Shown here one piece after another: positions 42,161-55,949 of a stretch of DNA of 64,000 nt (position 1 is its first letter; every line of letters begins with the position of its first letter). Under the pieces are notes generated by a model that was not told the origin of the DNA, did not search any database, and was given only the letters and a program-made list of their open reading frames with translations. The stretch is from Eledone cirrhosa. Taxonomy: Eukaryota. Both the position numbers and the translations under genes were made by a program. The stretch covers positions 182,590,001 to 182,654,000 of the forward strand of contig OZ024740.1 in assembly GCA_964016885.1 (NCBI GenBank), in the 5' to 3' direction.

Positions 42161-43763
42161 ATATATTTATATATATATTTATAATTTTATGTTAGCCTTT
42201 TTTATATTAAGATGAATAAGCTATTTGCAGAAACCAATATATATATATATATATATATATTGATATAGCCAAGTGGATAAGCTATTAGATCACCTGTTGT
42301 AAGCTCAAATCATGAGCAATCATGTTACGTTGTAGTTTTGAACTAAAGGTTCTACACAACATCACATTATATACCTGTAGAGTTAGTTACTTGATTGGGG
42401 AATGTTTACTATGATATAACTCGCTCCTGTTCACGAGGAGATTCATGAATAAACAACTATATACATGTATAAATGCAAACATAGCTACATGATTAAAATA
42501 TTTCTCTCAGACTATGTTGAGCTGAGGTTGTAACACTGTGTTAATGAATGATAGTGGGTGGAGATTGGTAATCAGAATCTATGGAAAAGCAAGCTCTATG
42601 TATATGTGTGCATATCTATACCAGTGTAAAACCTTTTGTCATACACTGTGCAGATGTATCTTCATATGTATATCTATATTTGTATAAGATTGTGTGTCAA
42701 GTAGTTGCATCCCTATACATAAAATTCGATACAGATCAAGAAAATAAGTACTAGACTGAAATAATTACTGAAGTTGATATAATCAAAGTATGAAAGTGAT
42801 GTGCTGGCATGGCTGAAGTTCAATCGCTGAAATTAGTACACTCTATTATTTACTTAAATCTATCCAGGATAATATATACAAGTATACAAGCTCTTAGTTA
42901 TGAAGTATTTATATTACACTACAATGAATTTACTCAGAATTTTAAATAATGTTTCTCATGAAAGGTTGACATTACCATTAATATTAAAATATTTTAGAAT
43001 TCAACATCAAACACAAGAGATTTCAAAAACAAATAAACATAAATTCATTTCACTTTGTCTTATTTTATTTCATTGAAAATACTATCAAAACTCTTTTAAA
43101 TCAAATCTAAGAGGTCAAAATATTGCACAATCATAGGTGGCAAACTTAATCTATTGCTCAGTTAAGCAAAACACTTGGCTATCAGGTTGTTGTTTCAAAT
43201 CACAGCCATTCTATGGTGGTGCATCTCACAGAAGGTTTCTTGTATATTTTGATTATAGAGTCACCAGTAATATCATGTCATCATTTTGTCAGAGACTGGA
43301 GTGAGGATTTGAATTCAGAGTGCAAAATGCTAAAAGAGATACAGGAAGGTAACTTGTCTGATGCATTAAAAATTTCACCAATCCACCTATCTGAATTGTT
43401 CTCTATTGACTTCAGTGGGGTTTGCATTCAGCACAGAGTGTTAGAACAAATACTGCAGCTAATTTGCCTGTCTTTAGGTGCCTTTAACATCCTATTTCGG
43501 TGTAAGCATTCAGATTTTCATGCCTAAAGATAGTGCATTCATTGTGGTTTCTTCCTCACTTTCTCTAATATTGTTAGTTTTCAAATATGATTATAGGTGT
43601 TGCCCTTCTGAATCTTATTTAGCCATTAAAATCAAATCAATAAAATGAAAAGCATCCTGTCATCTATATATAACTAGGTATATTTGAGTTAGTGGTACAA
43701 TGTAATTCTAAATATATAAAAAATGGCATAGTTAAAGTTGGAACACTTTGGAACCTACATTTC

Positions 43764-44164
43764 CTCAATTAAGGCAGCCTGGGGCTAAATAACAGCAACT
43801 AGTTGCATTAAATTTGGAATTCAACAAGTAATGCATATAACAGCTGATGAACCTTATTTGAAATATTAGACACCAACATAACTCACATTTTACTCTTCAT
43901 TAACTTCGCATATTAAGACAGACAGCCAATAATCACCTAAATTTTGAGGGATTAAATTTGGCTACTACTCAATGAAGGCAGCCTGGAGGTAAGCAACAGC
44001 AACTAGTTGCATTAAATTTGGAATTCAACAAGTAGTGCATATAACAGCTGATGAACCCTATTTGAAATATTAGACACAACTCACATTTTACTCTTCATTA
44101 ACTTCGCATATTAAGACAGACAGCCAATAATCACCTAAAATTTGGGGGATTAAATTCGGCTACA
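43764..44164. repeat. Recent tandem duplication (~204-bp unit x2)
   Basis: ctcaat.aaggcagcctgg..acagcaactagttgcattaaatttggaattc.. at 43764 and 43968. Confidence 0.9.
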
Positions 44165-45227
44165 CTAAATTGATTCAACAGAATCAAGGTTGTATATTAT
44201 CTATAAGAATTCACAATCCAAGTAAAGGTGTCTTTATTGATATGATTATCTTAAATTATTGGAATTTATGCCAAGTTCACATGGTTTTAGCCTTTTGATC
44301 CAGTTTAAGTCATTTGGAACAAATAACAGATTGGCAACTTAACAAATAATTTCATCCATATTTATTCACTTCTATTGTAACACACTGCAATTCTGTATTA
44401 TATTAATTTAGTTATATAGTTCTATATCATGAATAAAACTTGTTAACTTCATTGATGTAATTTTGAAAATATTGCTTTGACACATTATAAATTTGAAGAA
44501 CTTGTCATCAGCATCAACACCTCAGTAATTAAAACTACAATGCAAGTAATCACTAATTGCACAACAAAATTAATTAGTACTAGTCTGGATGCCTGCTGTT
44601 TTCAGAAAGCAATGAAATCCAGCATATAAGCCACTGATACAAAGAACATTTTCGTTTAATTATGAATATATATGTTCATGCAAACAAACACATGAGTTTA
44701 TGTATATATATATGTGAGTAAAATTAACAAATATTAAAATAGATATAAAAATATTTTGCTCATAATTTTTCAAGATTTCATCTAGAATTGCCTATAGCTC
44801 TTCATTTATAAACGAAATGTATGAACTAAAATATAAAATACCTGTCCATAACTGTATAATGCTTGATGAAACAAACAACTAAAAGGATCTAAAATTCTGA
44901 TCAGGGCCTGTAAAAGGTAAAAGCGGATGTCTAGCCAATACATTCTTCTGGGGCCCAAGAGCTAAGAAAGCCACTCAGCAACCATGCAAGATCAATTTTG
45001 AGAAAACTATTTGCCTGTTTTGGGCCCCAAAAGGGGTCTTGTAACACCTTGCAAAATTTCTCTTGGAGGGTGTGATTCTGAGTGTCTGGAATCCAAGAAC
45101 ATCACTCATTATCATGAATAACGTTTCTCTATGGCTAGACCAAATATCTTAAACCTTCTGTATTAACATGCTAAGAATTAATTCATATGTGCATATACAA
45201 TTATGAATACTAGAGTGTATCTGTTCA

Positions 45228-45270
<43 letters not shown>

Positions 45271-46557
45271 AGTGTATATGTATATATATACAGGAGAGAA
45301 GACTGTTGGTATGAACATGTGATGCACATGGATGATGATCGACGGATGAAGAAATACCAGTGGAAGGAAGCCGCTGTAGAGGTACATCAAGAAAAACCTG
45401 AGACTCACTGAGGATATAACAAAGGAACATGGTGAGTGGAGAAAAACTGTGCTGAGAAGGACCCATCCAAGCCATACAAAAACATACATAAAATGATGAT
45501 ATATATATAGAGAGAGAGAGAGATAAACAAAATTTATTACTACAACCTCCTATATATCTAAGAATCTAAAGAGGTATTTTATTTTATGCTGACTGAACTT
45601 CTCTCAGATATTAATGTTTTAACTTCAGTTTTTTTTTTCTTAAACAAGTCAATAAATAAATAGGCATATTGATTTTACATCTTATATATCTTTCAATTTC
45701 AATGCCATTATAAGGTTGGATAACACTTTAAATTTATTTGGGAACTTATTCCAGATTCACTAGTTTTAGTAAATAAATTTGTGGTTTTTAATAATTTAAA
45801 GAAATAATCAAGAAATATATAAAAATTTAATTACTAAAATATATCACTTTCAAATACACATTGATATTAAAAAGTTATGATATAGTTGACAATTGTAAAA
45901 TTTATAGATTCCACTCGTATTGAGAATTCCCAACAAAAGATATTTAATAAAACTGATATTAAATCTAAGCAAAAGGATATGATGATGATGTGAATATTTA
46001 CTCATAAAATGAAAAGAATTGCCAAATGCTTTGTCTTGATATATACTGTGTGACATGAGGTCATCTATGTAATATTAGATTCTAAAAATGTTATGGAGTG
46101 TTAAAAGAAGGCCTACTTGAAATTTAGCTGTCAATCAAAACATTTATCTATCATATATCAAGTGATATCTACAAGTTTATATCATCTCCTTCTGATAGCA
46201 TTCTATCTTTACTTGAGAAAAAAGCCAGTAATCTCCAACAGTCTACAACAGTAATAAACAGAAAAAAAATATTATCCTATTATATCTTTCTTTGCAGACA
46301 AAACCTACTAATATTTCTACACGAAGGAAAGCACATTTTTATGAGATACTAAAAAGAATAAGAGTGTTATTATTTAACTCTCAGCAAAGCAACAACATCG
46401 CCAAAAAAAAAAGAAAAAAATTAAATTCAAACAGATACAATAAATATGATGACAAAGGAAAAAGACAATTAAAGGGACACTGTATAGAGCAGATTCATCT
46501 AATCCATGCAAGCATGAAAAAAAAATAACAATGTTAAGATAATTTCATATACATATA

Positions 46558-46828
46558 TATGAAAGACTTGGAACCATGACAACTGAGCACTTGCCGTTTC
46601 AACAGCTAGTTCCAAACTCAATCACAAATGTTTCGGCGGTAGAAAAAACTGTTTTCATGGGCATACACTCTGTACATACAAGTGGTTATAGATTGTATGT
46701 CCATATTTTAACATCAGAACCCCTTGATGGTGACAGTTTTTTCTACCATTAAAACATCTGTTATTCAGTTTGGAGCTAGCTTTTGAAACAGCAAGAGCTC
46801 AGCCATCGGAGGCCTGACTCTTTCATAT
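46558..46828. mobile_element. MITE-like imperfect hairpin
   Basis: ~100-bp imperfect inverted arms (tatgaaaga..ctgagc..gctagttccaaact..gtagaaaaaactgt / acagttttttctac..agtttggagctagc..gctcag..tctttcata). Confidence 0.65.
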
Positions 46829-48246
46829 TACTCCACTCTAATACCCCAAGAATTGAGTAGTCTGGTGAGTAATGGTCTAACAGGTTTTTAATGCATCTCT
46901 TTTGATTTACATATACAGTAGATGAAAGTAGTAGAGGAAGACCATGAAAAAATTAGGCAGAGGTGGTGAGAACAGACCTCAGATCGCTGAAGCTGATGGT
47001 GGAGATGACGAAGGACCATGACAGGTGGAGAGATGCTGTGCTGAATAGGACCCCCTCCCTTTGCAAGCAGTAAAAGCGGACGTAAAATGATGATGATATA
47101 TAATATATTAAATTTAATGAGAAAAATCTATAATTCTGTGAGTATAAACATGATAGACGAAAAAAGTACTCTAACTTTGCTTATATATAGATCTCCTTGC
47201 CATGGTTTTGCATGGGGAAGAATTATTATGGAATCACCAATAATAGAAGAATCTGGCACACACTCCACCTGAAGTGGAGTTTAATTTTTCAAGAGCTAAG
47301 AGAAATTGAACAAGATATAAAACATTCTGTTTCTTTTGTCAAAGCAGTATGGTAAAATAAATTCTCAAAATTTCCTCAGATATTAGGACTATATGATGTC
47401 TAATAATGTCACTAGAAATAGCAGCCTCAACAAATTAAGGAGCAGATTTCTCTCATTGAGATGTTTAAGTATTAGACACTAACCTTTAATTAGTATTAAA
47501 CTGTTCCTTAATCTGTTGAGCTGTACCCCTGATTCATAAAGGGCAGTACCCCTGACTCTGTTAAAAGTCTCTGAGGGAAAGGAGGCAGGAAGGCATCCTT
47601 AAACCAGAAATCTGGTCCAAATACTTACAACAGAGTGAACTCTACTAAAAGAACCCGAATGCCAGTGTTAAACCAGATGATGGATATAGTCTACCAACCC
47701 AGTAGACCACAGATTTGAATCCAGAATGTAAAAAGTCAGAACATATCCAACAAGTTATCTCATCCAATGAACTGCCTTGGACTTGAATTTTATTTTATTG
47801 AAAGGATGAAAAGCAAAGTTAACATTGTGGCCTTTGAACTTAGAATGCAGGGAATTACATAAGTATCACAAAATATGTTTACCCAATGTTCTAATGCCAG
47901 TTATTTTGCCTCATATTCCATACCAATGAAACAAATTTGACTACCATTTCAAATATTTCTAAAGTGCTAGAAACAATTATCAATAATAATACATTACATT
48001 ATTTTCAGGTGCAGACACAGCTGTGTGGTTTAGAAATTAACTTTAGAACCACATGATTTCAGATTCAGTCCCACTGCATAGCAGCTTGCACAAGTCTCTA
48101 CTCTTAGAGCCAAAGAATTTGACCAATAACGTATCAGTCAATTTGAGAGATGAAAACTGTAAGAAGCTTACCTTATGTGTGTGTGTCATCATCATTTCAT
48201 CATCATTTCATTTTACGTCCGCTTTTTCCCTGCTTGCAAGGGTGGG

Positions 48247-48308
<62 letters not shown>

Positions 48309-48311
48309 AAT

Positions 48312-48363
<52 letters not shown>

Positions 48364-48429
48364 GGTAGTATAAATTTGGTATTAATATCCAAAGGCTAGA
48401 GCATTCAGTCCATAGGATGAGGTAAATAT

Positions 48430-49150
48430 GATGAGTTGCAACAGTAACATGTACAGGTACTTAAGTTTCATTGAGCTATTCACCCCAACTCATTCAAACA
48501 GTCATGTAATTAAAAATGGCATCCCCCAAGGAGATTTTAGAAGGTAGAGACAGATTTAAGGGTCAGTAATCCTGAATTTATCTATAAATAGACAAATCTA
48601 GGGAGCTTAACTCTGGCCTTCTGCATAAGCATCCGTAATATTGACGTTATATTGGTTCAAGAGTAGTCTATTTGGTGATTGAATTTGCCAGTATTTATGA
48701 TTTATGGCCTACAGTGAAGGGAAGATCTAGGTGGGTGAGAAATTCTTTACCTACAATAGCCTTCACATTGAGCATGAATAATGTTGTGAACCATACGACA
48801 GCTTTATGTCTAGTTTTTTTTTCTTGCTAGATATGGGGCCGTGATCCTCCTGGAGAGGTAGCTGTTGCTTGAGGCTGAGTTGTAGTAGGGGGCTGACCTG
48901 TCAAAATGGCTTTGCTAGAAGGGAGGTAGGATACACTCTAGCTGATGTTATTAATGTGATTTTAAAAAACTACAAGGGGTGAGTAGAGTCCTTATGAATG
49001 TACTAGGTTTTTCGATGGGTTTGTGGAATGGTCTGTTTGTTCATGTACATAAGTCTAAATTAATGTGTAGGAATTAACACTGGTGAGGTTGGTAGAGATG
49101 GTGTAATTATTAGTCATATGTAGTAATCAGTTTTTTGTAAAAGTGTCGAG
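48430..49150 (-). pseudogene. Highly degenerate Naiad-like PLE remnant
   Basis: Minus-strand fragments RPFHKP, YIHKDSTHP, HFDRSAPYYNS and VVWF resemble the post-RT region of the 32-33 kb Naiad. Confidence 0.5.
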
Positions 49151-49189
49151 GTCATGGCCACTTTTATAGTTTGATGATCTGGCACTAAT

Positions 49190-49227
<38 letters not shown>

Positions 49228-51688
49228 TGTATATATATATATGTATAAATGAAGAAATTCCGTCGGAAAAGTCCAGGAAAAAAGAGTGCTCTATATAAGT
49301 AACAGAGCTTAATAGTTATGTAATAAACAACATAAGGCAATTATTTCATTTACCAGTGGTTTTTTAAAAGCAAACAAATTTTGCTTTCAATCATCAGAAT
49401 GAAAAAGTCCTGGTGTATTTATTGGAATTTGATTTTAAAACAAAAATATATTCAATATGAAAGTGAGGCTGGAAAAGGAAGAAGGAAAGGAAAAATAAAC
49501 ACACAAACAATGTTTATATAAACAATATATCCTACAATGTAGTAGTGCACCAAATATTAGTGGTATATACCAACAGAGAATGGGTTGGCATGCATAGAAA
49601 ATCTGTCTCAAAAAGTCACATCTTAACCTAAGAACCCATGGAAAAAGCAGATGTATAATAATGATGATGGTGATCTTTTCTTTTTATTCTGTTTGTCTCA
49701 TCAATGTATCAATGTAATAGTCATCAGATAGCTGATAGAAAATTATGCTTGCGTTGGCTAAGAGCAGAAGTTCATACACAATTATTGTAGAAAACACAAC
49801 TGTTGTACAGTAATGGTGATTACAGTACCCAATTTTAATGATCTGGAAAGTAACCATGAAGGAACTAAATTACTATAGATTTAGAAATGTTTGTAGTTAC
49901 TAAAAGAATTTCAATTTTAAAATAATATGAGGAAAAATCTATGCGTATAATTTATGGATGAACTATACTTTCATACATATATACATTGAAAATAGTACTT
50001 AATAGTGTATAAACTTTAAGAATATGGGCGGAAGTATTTTGTGTAGAAAATTTTATGAAATGAAGTCAAAAACATTTCCAAATTGCCAATGTAATAATAA
50101 TTCCTGCAGAATTGTAGTTAACAGGAATTTGAATTGAAAAAAATAGGGAAATTATAAAGACACACATTTTAACTAAAAGCAATTTCCTTTTTATTTCTTT
50201 TCTACCACAGATTTGCAAAATAATTAACATACAAAAATGAATGGCTATTGCAACAAATATTGTGGGATTATATTTAGAAATTACCACATATAATGTCAAG
50301 TTATTAATGGATGGTACTATAATAATGATTAAACAAAAAAAGTAGTGTATAAAATAATTCATTAATAAGCTTTGATAAAAGACATTTTAAAGAAAAATTT
50401 AGATGTTAGTGGGACTACATTCTTTTTATTTTATTTGTCTAAAAATACCTAAAGAGAAAATTCTAAAAATGTTATTAAATTGTCCAAGAACAGACCATCA
50501 AAAAGGAATAAAAAATGTCTTAAAATATGCAGATGTTTAGAAACATTATATTTTACTATAAATCTCAAGTGAGGATAATTTCTCAATGCATGTAACCTGA
50601 TTGGTTGCAGCAAGATAGCTACACATTTCATTATAGTTGTTTTTTTCTTCCTCACTTCATTTAATAAAAAAAAATGTGTTTTCTTCTGTCATTAAAGAAA
50701 TATTAAATTCTGAAGAAAAACACAAATTTATTAGCCATTCTTTAATTTGAGTTAATGCTGACAGATTATATAAGAAAATCACATGTGGGACTTATGTTTT
50801 AAGACACTTCCGAAACAGAGTAAACAGTTGGTGGATTCATTAGCATGTCAAATAAATGTCTTGCACTGTTTTGTTCTGAAATTTTACATTCGGTGTTCAA
50901 ATCCTGCTATCAAAGCCTTTCATCCTTCTGGTATCAATTCCTCTCTTTTTGTCTCAGAATCCGATACATTGTTCTGTGAGGACATAGGGAATACTCGCAG
51001 TAATCCTTTCCCCCAACAAACAACCACTTCCAATCTAATGTATAATTGGAATGTGATGGATGTAGATCTGGTTGTGTCTAGCATATGTAAGGCACCACTA
51101 GACAGAATATACATATTTGATCACCATGAATACTAGACATAATCCAATGCTTGGTTTAGCATCACTACATAGACCTTGGGTGTCTTCAGCAGAATACATT
51201 CTGTTGCAAACATTTGATTCAGGTCTCAAGTTTGAGGAGAGATTCCTTTCTCTCTTCCTCTTACTAATCTCAGAGACCACCAAAACATAAATTTCATGGA
51301 CACTGTTCTTCCTCACATGACTAAACAGTAAAAATAATAATATATTAGTATTGTTGATTAGTGCTGGGATTGAAAATATGATCCAGATGGTTAACCAGAA
51401 AATTTTCCACTTGAATTTTGTGAACCACCATCTGAAAAATGTCATGGGTTATATGTTTGTAATGTATTTCTCACCTCTTGTTAATGTTAACAGGAGATTT
51501 TTTAACTTAGTGAAACAAATATAACATGGCATTTTCATTTGAATCCGCTAACCTTTTGATTTCCCCTCCAATGTTTATTGCTGATATAGAGGATCAGATT
51601 TAGACCTTGGCAGTTGGGGCTATTCAGGTTTGGTCGGCCCCTCAACAATACACACACACATACATACATACATACATACATACATACA

Positions 51689-51722
<34 letters not shown>

Positions 51723-51724
<2 letters not shown>

Positions 51725-52065
51725 GCACATGGCTTAGTGGTTAGAGCATTGGCCTTGCAATCGAAAGGTTGTGAGTTCAATTCTCAGATCGGGTGATGTG
51801 TTGTTTCCTTGAGCAAGACACTTTATTTCACATTGCTCCAGTTTACTCAGCTGTAGAAATGAGATTATAGGGACTGGGGTCCATATCATCCAACTGCAAA
51901 GTCGTCGTGGAGGTTCCACTGCAAAAAAGAACCCACCACTCACTGTAAATGAGGTTGGTGTTAGGAAGGACATCCAGCTGTAGAAAGCAAGCCAGAATCA
52001 GTTCCCGTCCCACCCTTGCAAGCAGGGAAAAAGTGGACGTAAAATGGAATGATGATGATGATGAT
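51723..52065 (+). mobile_element. tRNA-derived SINE with RTE tail
   Basis: Head aggcacatggcttagtggttagagcattggccttgcaatcgaaaggttgtgagttcaattctc; tail cccgtcccacccttgcaagcagggaaaa..acgtaaaatg..(GAT)n shared with the RTE at 22973-23040. Confidence 0.85.
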
Positions 52066-52346
52066 ATGAATATTGGTAAAATTTGAGTATTCTCAGCATG
52101 AAAGGTAGCTGTTGCCAGCTGTATACTATTTGCATAGTAAATTTTGGGGTTAAGATATAACCACAAATCAAATGGAGAGCGTGAGAGAAGGAGAAAGAAA
52201 GAGAGATCTCTTTTTCTCTCTCCTTTCGATTTGTGGTATATCTTAACCCCAAAAGATTTTACTATACAAATATTATACAGCTGGTAACAGCTACCTTTCG
52301 CGCTGAGAATACTCATCGCTTTAAAACTTTCCAATTAATATTTTAT

Positions 52347-52380
<34 letters not shown>

Positions 52381-52632
52381 TTTCTTTATTAACCACAAGG
52401 GTTTACATAAAGTAGACATTAATGACAGTGCAGGACAATACAGTGCGGTACAAACGGGCATTTCTGCATGTAAAAAACAAAAACAGAGGATGTAACAAAA
52501 AAAATAACAATGAAAAATTCCCCAATAGGGGGGGAGACTTCGGAGGGACATTTGTGGAGAAAGCCCAGTAAAAATGCCACAGTGACCCTGACCACCAAGG
52601 GAAGTGCTTTCTCCCAGTTTTCCACCTTTAAT

Positions 52633-55600
52633 TTACAGATATATACTCAGAGTAGGCCCATTCATTCGGGCCATTCTTGCTTCTCTCACCCATCTTTCAA
52701 CAAAATGCTGGGAGTAGAGCACTTCCCTCTCTACTCTGATTTTCCTTTTCAAATGAAATTTGAAAAAGTCAATCAGAGCGTCACCGAAGAGGTAAGTGCT
52801 CGTCTTCAGCCCTTTCAAACGTGTCCACCATACTATCTCTTTCGCCATGGCCACCAGACAGATAAAAACTGCCTGCCCTTCCCGGCTAAAGGAGGAGGGC
52901 GGGGCAATCCTCACGATGGACTCAGATGATAGCCGGATCCGTCCTATACGCGACAGTAGGTGTTCGACATAAACCCACAAGTCAGAAATTTTCGGACACT
53001 GGACGAGTGCGTGCAGGACGGTTTCGTCGCCCTGCGCGCATCTCGGACATGCCCGGCTGACGGCACCTCCATGCCTGTAGAGTTTATCCCGAACTGGTAA
53101 GGCTCCTCGGTAGCACTGCAAGGCCAGAGATTTCTGTAAGTTGTCCATAGGCACTGGCCCGAAAGTTCTTCCGAAGAGATTGGCTAGTTGATTTTCGTCG
53201 ACGCCTAGAGTTTCCCCAAGTACGTCGTCGCTCTTCCCCTCCACTAAACCTCTATAGAACGCCGAGGTGGAGTTTCCACCGATCACATGGCCCGATTGGT
53301 CGAGGGCTGTGAGCGCCTGAAGACATTCCAGTCTTCAGGCGCTCCCTCTCGGTCTTCGCTTGACCCAGGACTGCAGCTCCGTCAAGGAAACAAGCTGGGG
53401 AAATACGTGTCTAGCAAACGGCGACCACACCTGATCACCGTCGAGGAAGAGGTGGAGATGTCGTAGCCTGAGCGCGTGACTGTGGATCATCAGCCACGGC
53501 ATGCCCAGCCCTCCACGTAGCGGGTGTTGACAACAGATGGACCGCCTGACCATCGGAGCGCGTCCTTTCCACAAAAAGCGAAAGAGCAAACGCTCCAGCA
53601 CAGTCAGGCGAGGCTGTTGGACGGCATGGACCGGCCTTCCAGGTGCCGACCTGCAGGCCCACTGACTTTTCCTGGTTGATCATTGCTCCTGTCACCGCTT
53701 CGTATTCTCTTAGTGTAGTGCCGATCGCCTCGATGTGTTTGGCGTTCGACACCACTACGGTGATATCGTCCGCATATGCTGACACGGATCTTCCGCATCC
53801 TAGTTCGCGCGGGAACCCCTTCAACGTCACCAGTTTGTGCAGTAATGGCTCGAGAGTCAATACGTACAAGAGGGACGAGAGGGGACATCCTTGGCGGACC
53901 GAGCGCATGATATTGAACGGTTCCGAAAGGTGACCGTTCACTCTCACCACAGAGCAGATCTCGCTGTGCATGCCAGCGATCCAGCCTCTGAAGACGGGCC
54001 CAAAGCCAGCCGCCCTCAGGACTGCCGCTAGGTAACGATGGTCGACCCTATCGAAAGCTTTCGACTGATCTAAATTGATCAAGGACCCACCCTTGCCAGG
54101 TTCCCTAGCTACCGTCTCTACGATGTATCGCATGAGGTGGAGGTTGTCGTGGATGGATCTATCGGGAATGGCGCATATCTGCGCCTCTCCCACCAGACCA
54201 CCAACGAGAAGCGCCAACCTCTTTGCTAGCACCTTGGCCAAAATCTTGAACTCTGTGTTTAGCAGAGTTATGGGCCTGAAATTATCTGTTATCCCCCTTG
54301 TTCGGATCCTTTCTCAGCAGCGCCACAGCTCCTCGGCTCACAGAGCTGGTAATTCTCCCGTTCTGTTGCCAGTTGTAGTAGACGTCCGCCAAGAGGCTTC
54401 CGAACAAGTCTGGTATCTGTACATAAAGTTCATAGGGCAGACCATCCAAACCAGGCGATTTACCCCTTGTGCAGCCAGTCATTGCCTCCCGTACTTCAGC
54501 GGCTGTTATCGGCTTTTCGCAACACTTCGCCTCAGTGGCCGAGAGCCGCGGCAGTCCGTCGAGGTAGACACTAAAGTCCATCCCTCGATTCGGCCCACCG
54601 CTGCCCCCGAACAGCTGTGCGAAGTGTCGCTGGAAAGCTTCACACATTTGCCCGGGATCGAGTAGCATGCGCCCGTCGTGGTCCACCAAAGACCGGATCG
54701 TGGCTTTGTTGCCACGACGCACCTCCGCCACTCGGGCCCATTGAATGGCTTTCGTCCCCTCTGACAAGGTAGCCTTCGTGCTTTGCATTGAAGAATTGAT
54801 CAAGGGCCAATTTCGCCGCAAGTACGTCGGTCGCTATGCCTTTGCTAAGCGCCGCAAGTACGTCGGCCGCTATGCCTTTGCTAAGCGCCTCGTGTAATTT
54901 TCTAACTGCTCTATTTTTCTCTATTACTAAAGCCTTACTAAATCTAATTGACTCTATTCTAATCGCTCTTTTCAGAGCAAACCACCACTTGTTGTTGACG
55001 ATATCCCCCGTTAATGCCCGCTTAACTAGTTCGCTAATCCGGTCTCTGTAGACCTTGCGCGCTGGTAAGGACGCATTTAGCTTCAAGTAGCCGGGTCCTC
55101 GTCTATGAAGCCTATCTAAGTCAAGCACACAGATCACGAATTTTTGGTCCGTGTAGCTGACTATCTTCAATTGTGGACAGCCTATGCTAGACCTATCTAT
55201 TTCTCTACAAAATACTCTATCTAGATATGATCTGGATGTCCCTATGCGATTTGTCCAAGTCCACATTGGCACATTCGGGAAATCCAATCGGTACCTGTCA
55301 GACAGTTCAAAACGCCTGAGCAAGTTCGTGAGGCTCTTGCACCCTCCTCCCCTATCCGCTAATTCCACACAGTCCCAGCGTGCATCTGAGATCCCGTTCC
55401 AGTCGCCCACTAACACTAAAAAGCGGGACGTTCCAAGAAAGGTCTCCAGCCGCCGGAAGAAATCAGGCCGCCCTGCTCCTGCCGGGGCATAGACGGCCAC
55501 TAGCCTGAAATCTTGCCCGTCTCCGCTGGTCACGTCCAGCAACACCAACTTACCTTCTGGGTACAGGAAGATGGCCCGTATGGTGAGATCCAAACCTCTC

Positions 55601-55834
55601 CGAAAAAGCACAGCAACTCCACCCCCCCCCCCCCCCCGATCCAGGATGGCTGGGAGAAGCATACACATCGTAGCCGCCGAAGATCGGTGCGAGGAACCGT
55701 TTTTCAAAGATTCTGGTCTCGCTGATGGCCACTACATCTATGTTTAGTGACCTGAGGTCGTTGAGTAGGTGGCCCTGCTTCCATGACGACGCCAAGCCAC
55801 GCGCTTTTATGCTGTCAATTCTGAGTGAGGTCAT
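52633..55834 (-). pseudogene. Tx1 ORF2 (APE, RT, C-terminal zinc finger), multiple frameshifts
   Basis: IDVVAISETR, VAVYAP, LVGDWN, SYLDRVF, KSPGLDGLPYE, LDQSKAFDRVDH, SVRQGCPLS, AYADDIT, GGLGMP, CPRCAQGDETVLHALVQCP. Confidence 0.92.
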
Positions 55835-55949
55835 GTTGAAATGGAGTGGAAAAGATGGGAAGACCACTTACCTTACTTCTCGTAGAGGAAGGATGGTTTC
55901 TCCATCCTTTTCACTGCTTGTGGCCTCCTCCGGAAGGATGTCCTTATAA

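Noticed and set aside
51098-51445. Hydrophobic 115-aa ORF or terminal exon after tttttcag
   Set aside because: No recognisable domain; composition explained by AT-rich sequence
51723-51795. tRNA gene
   Set aside because: It is the tRNA-derived head of a SINE with no intact acceptor stem and continues into SINE body and tail
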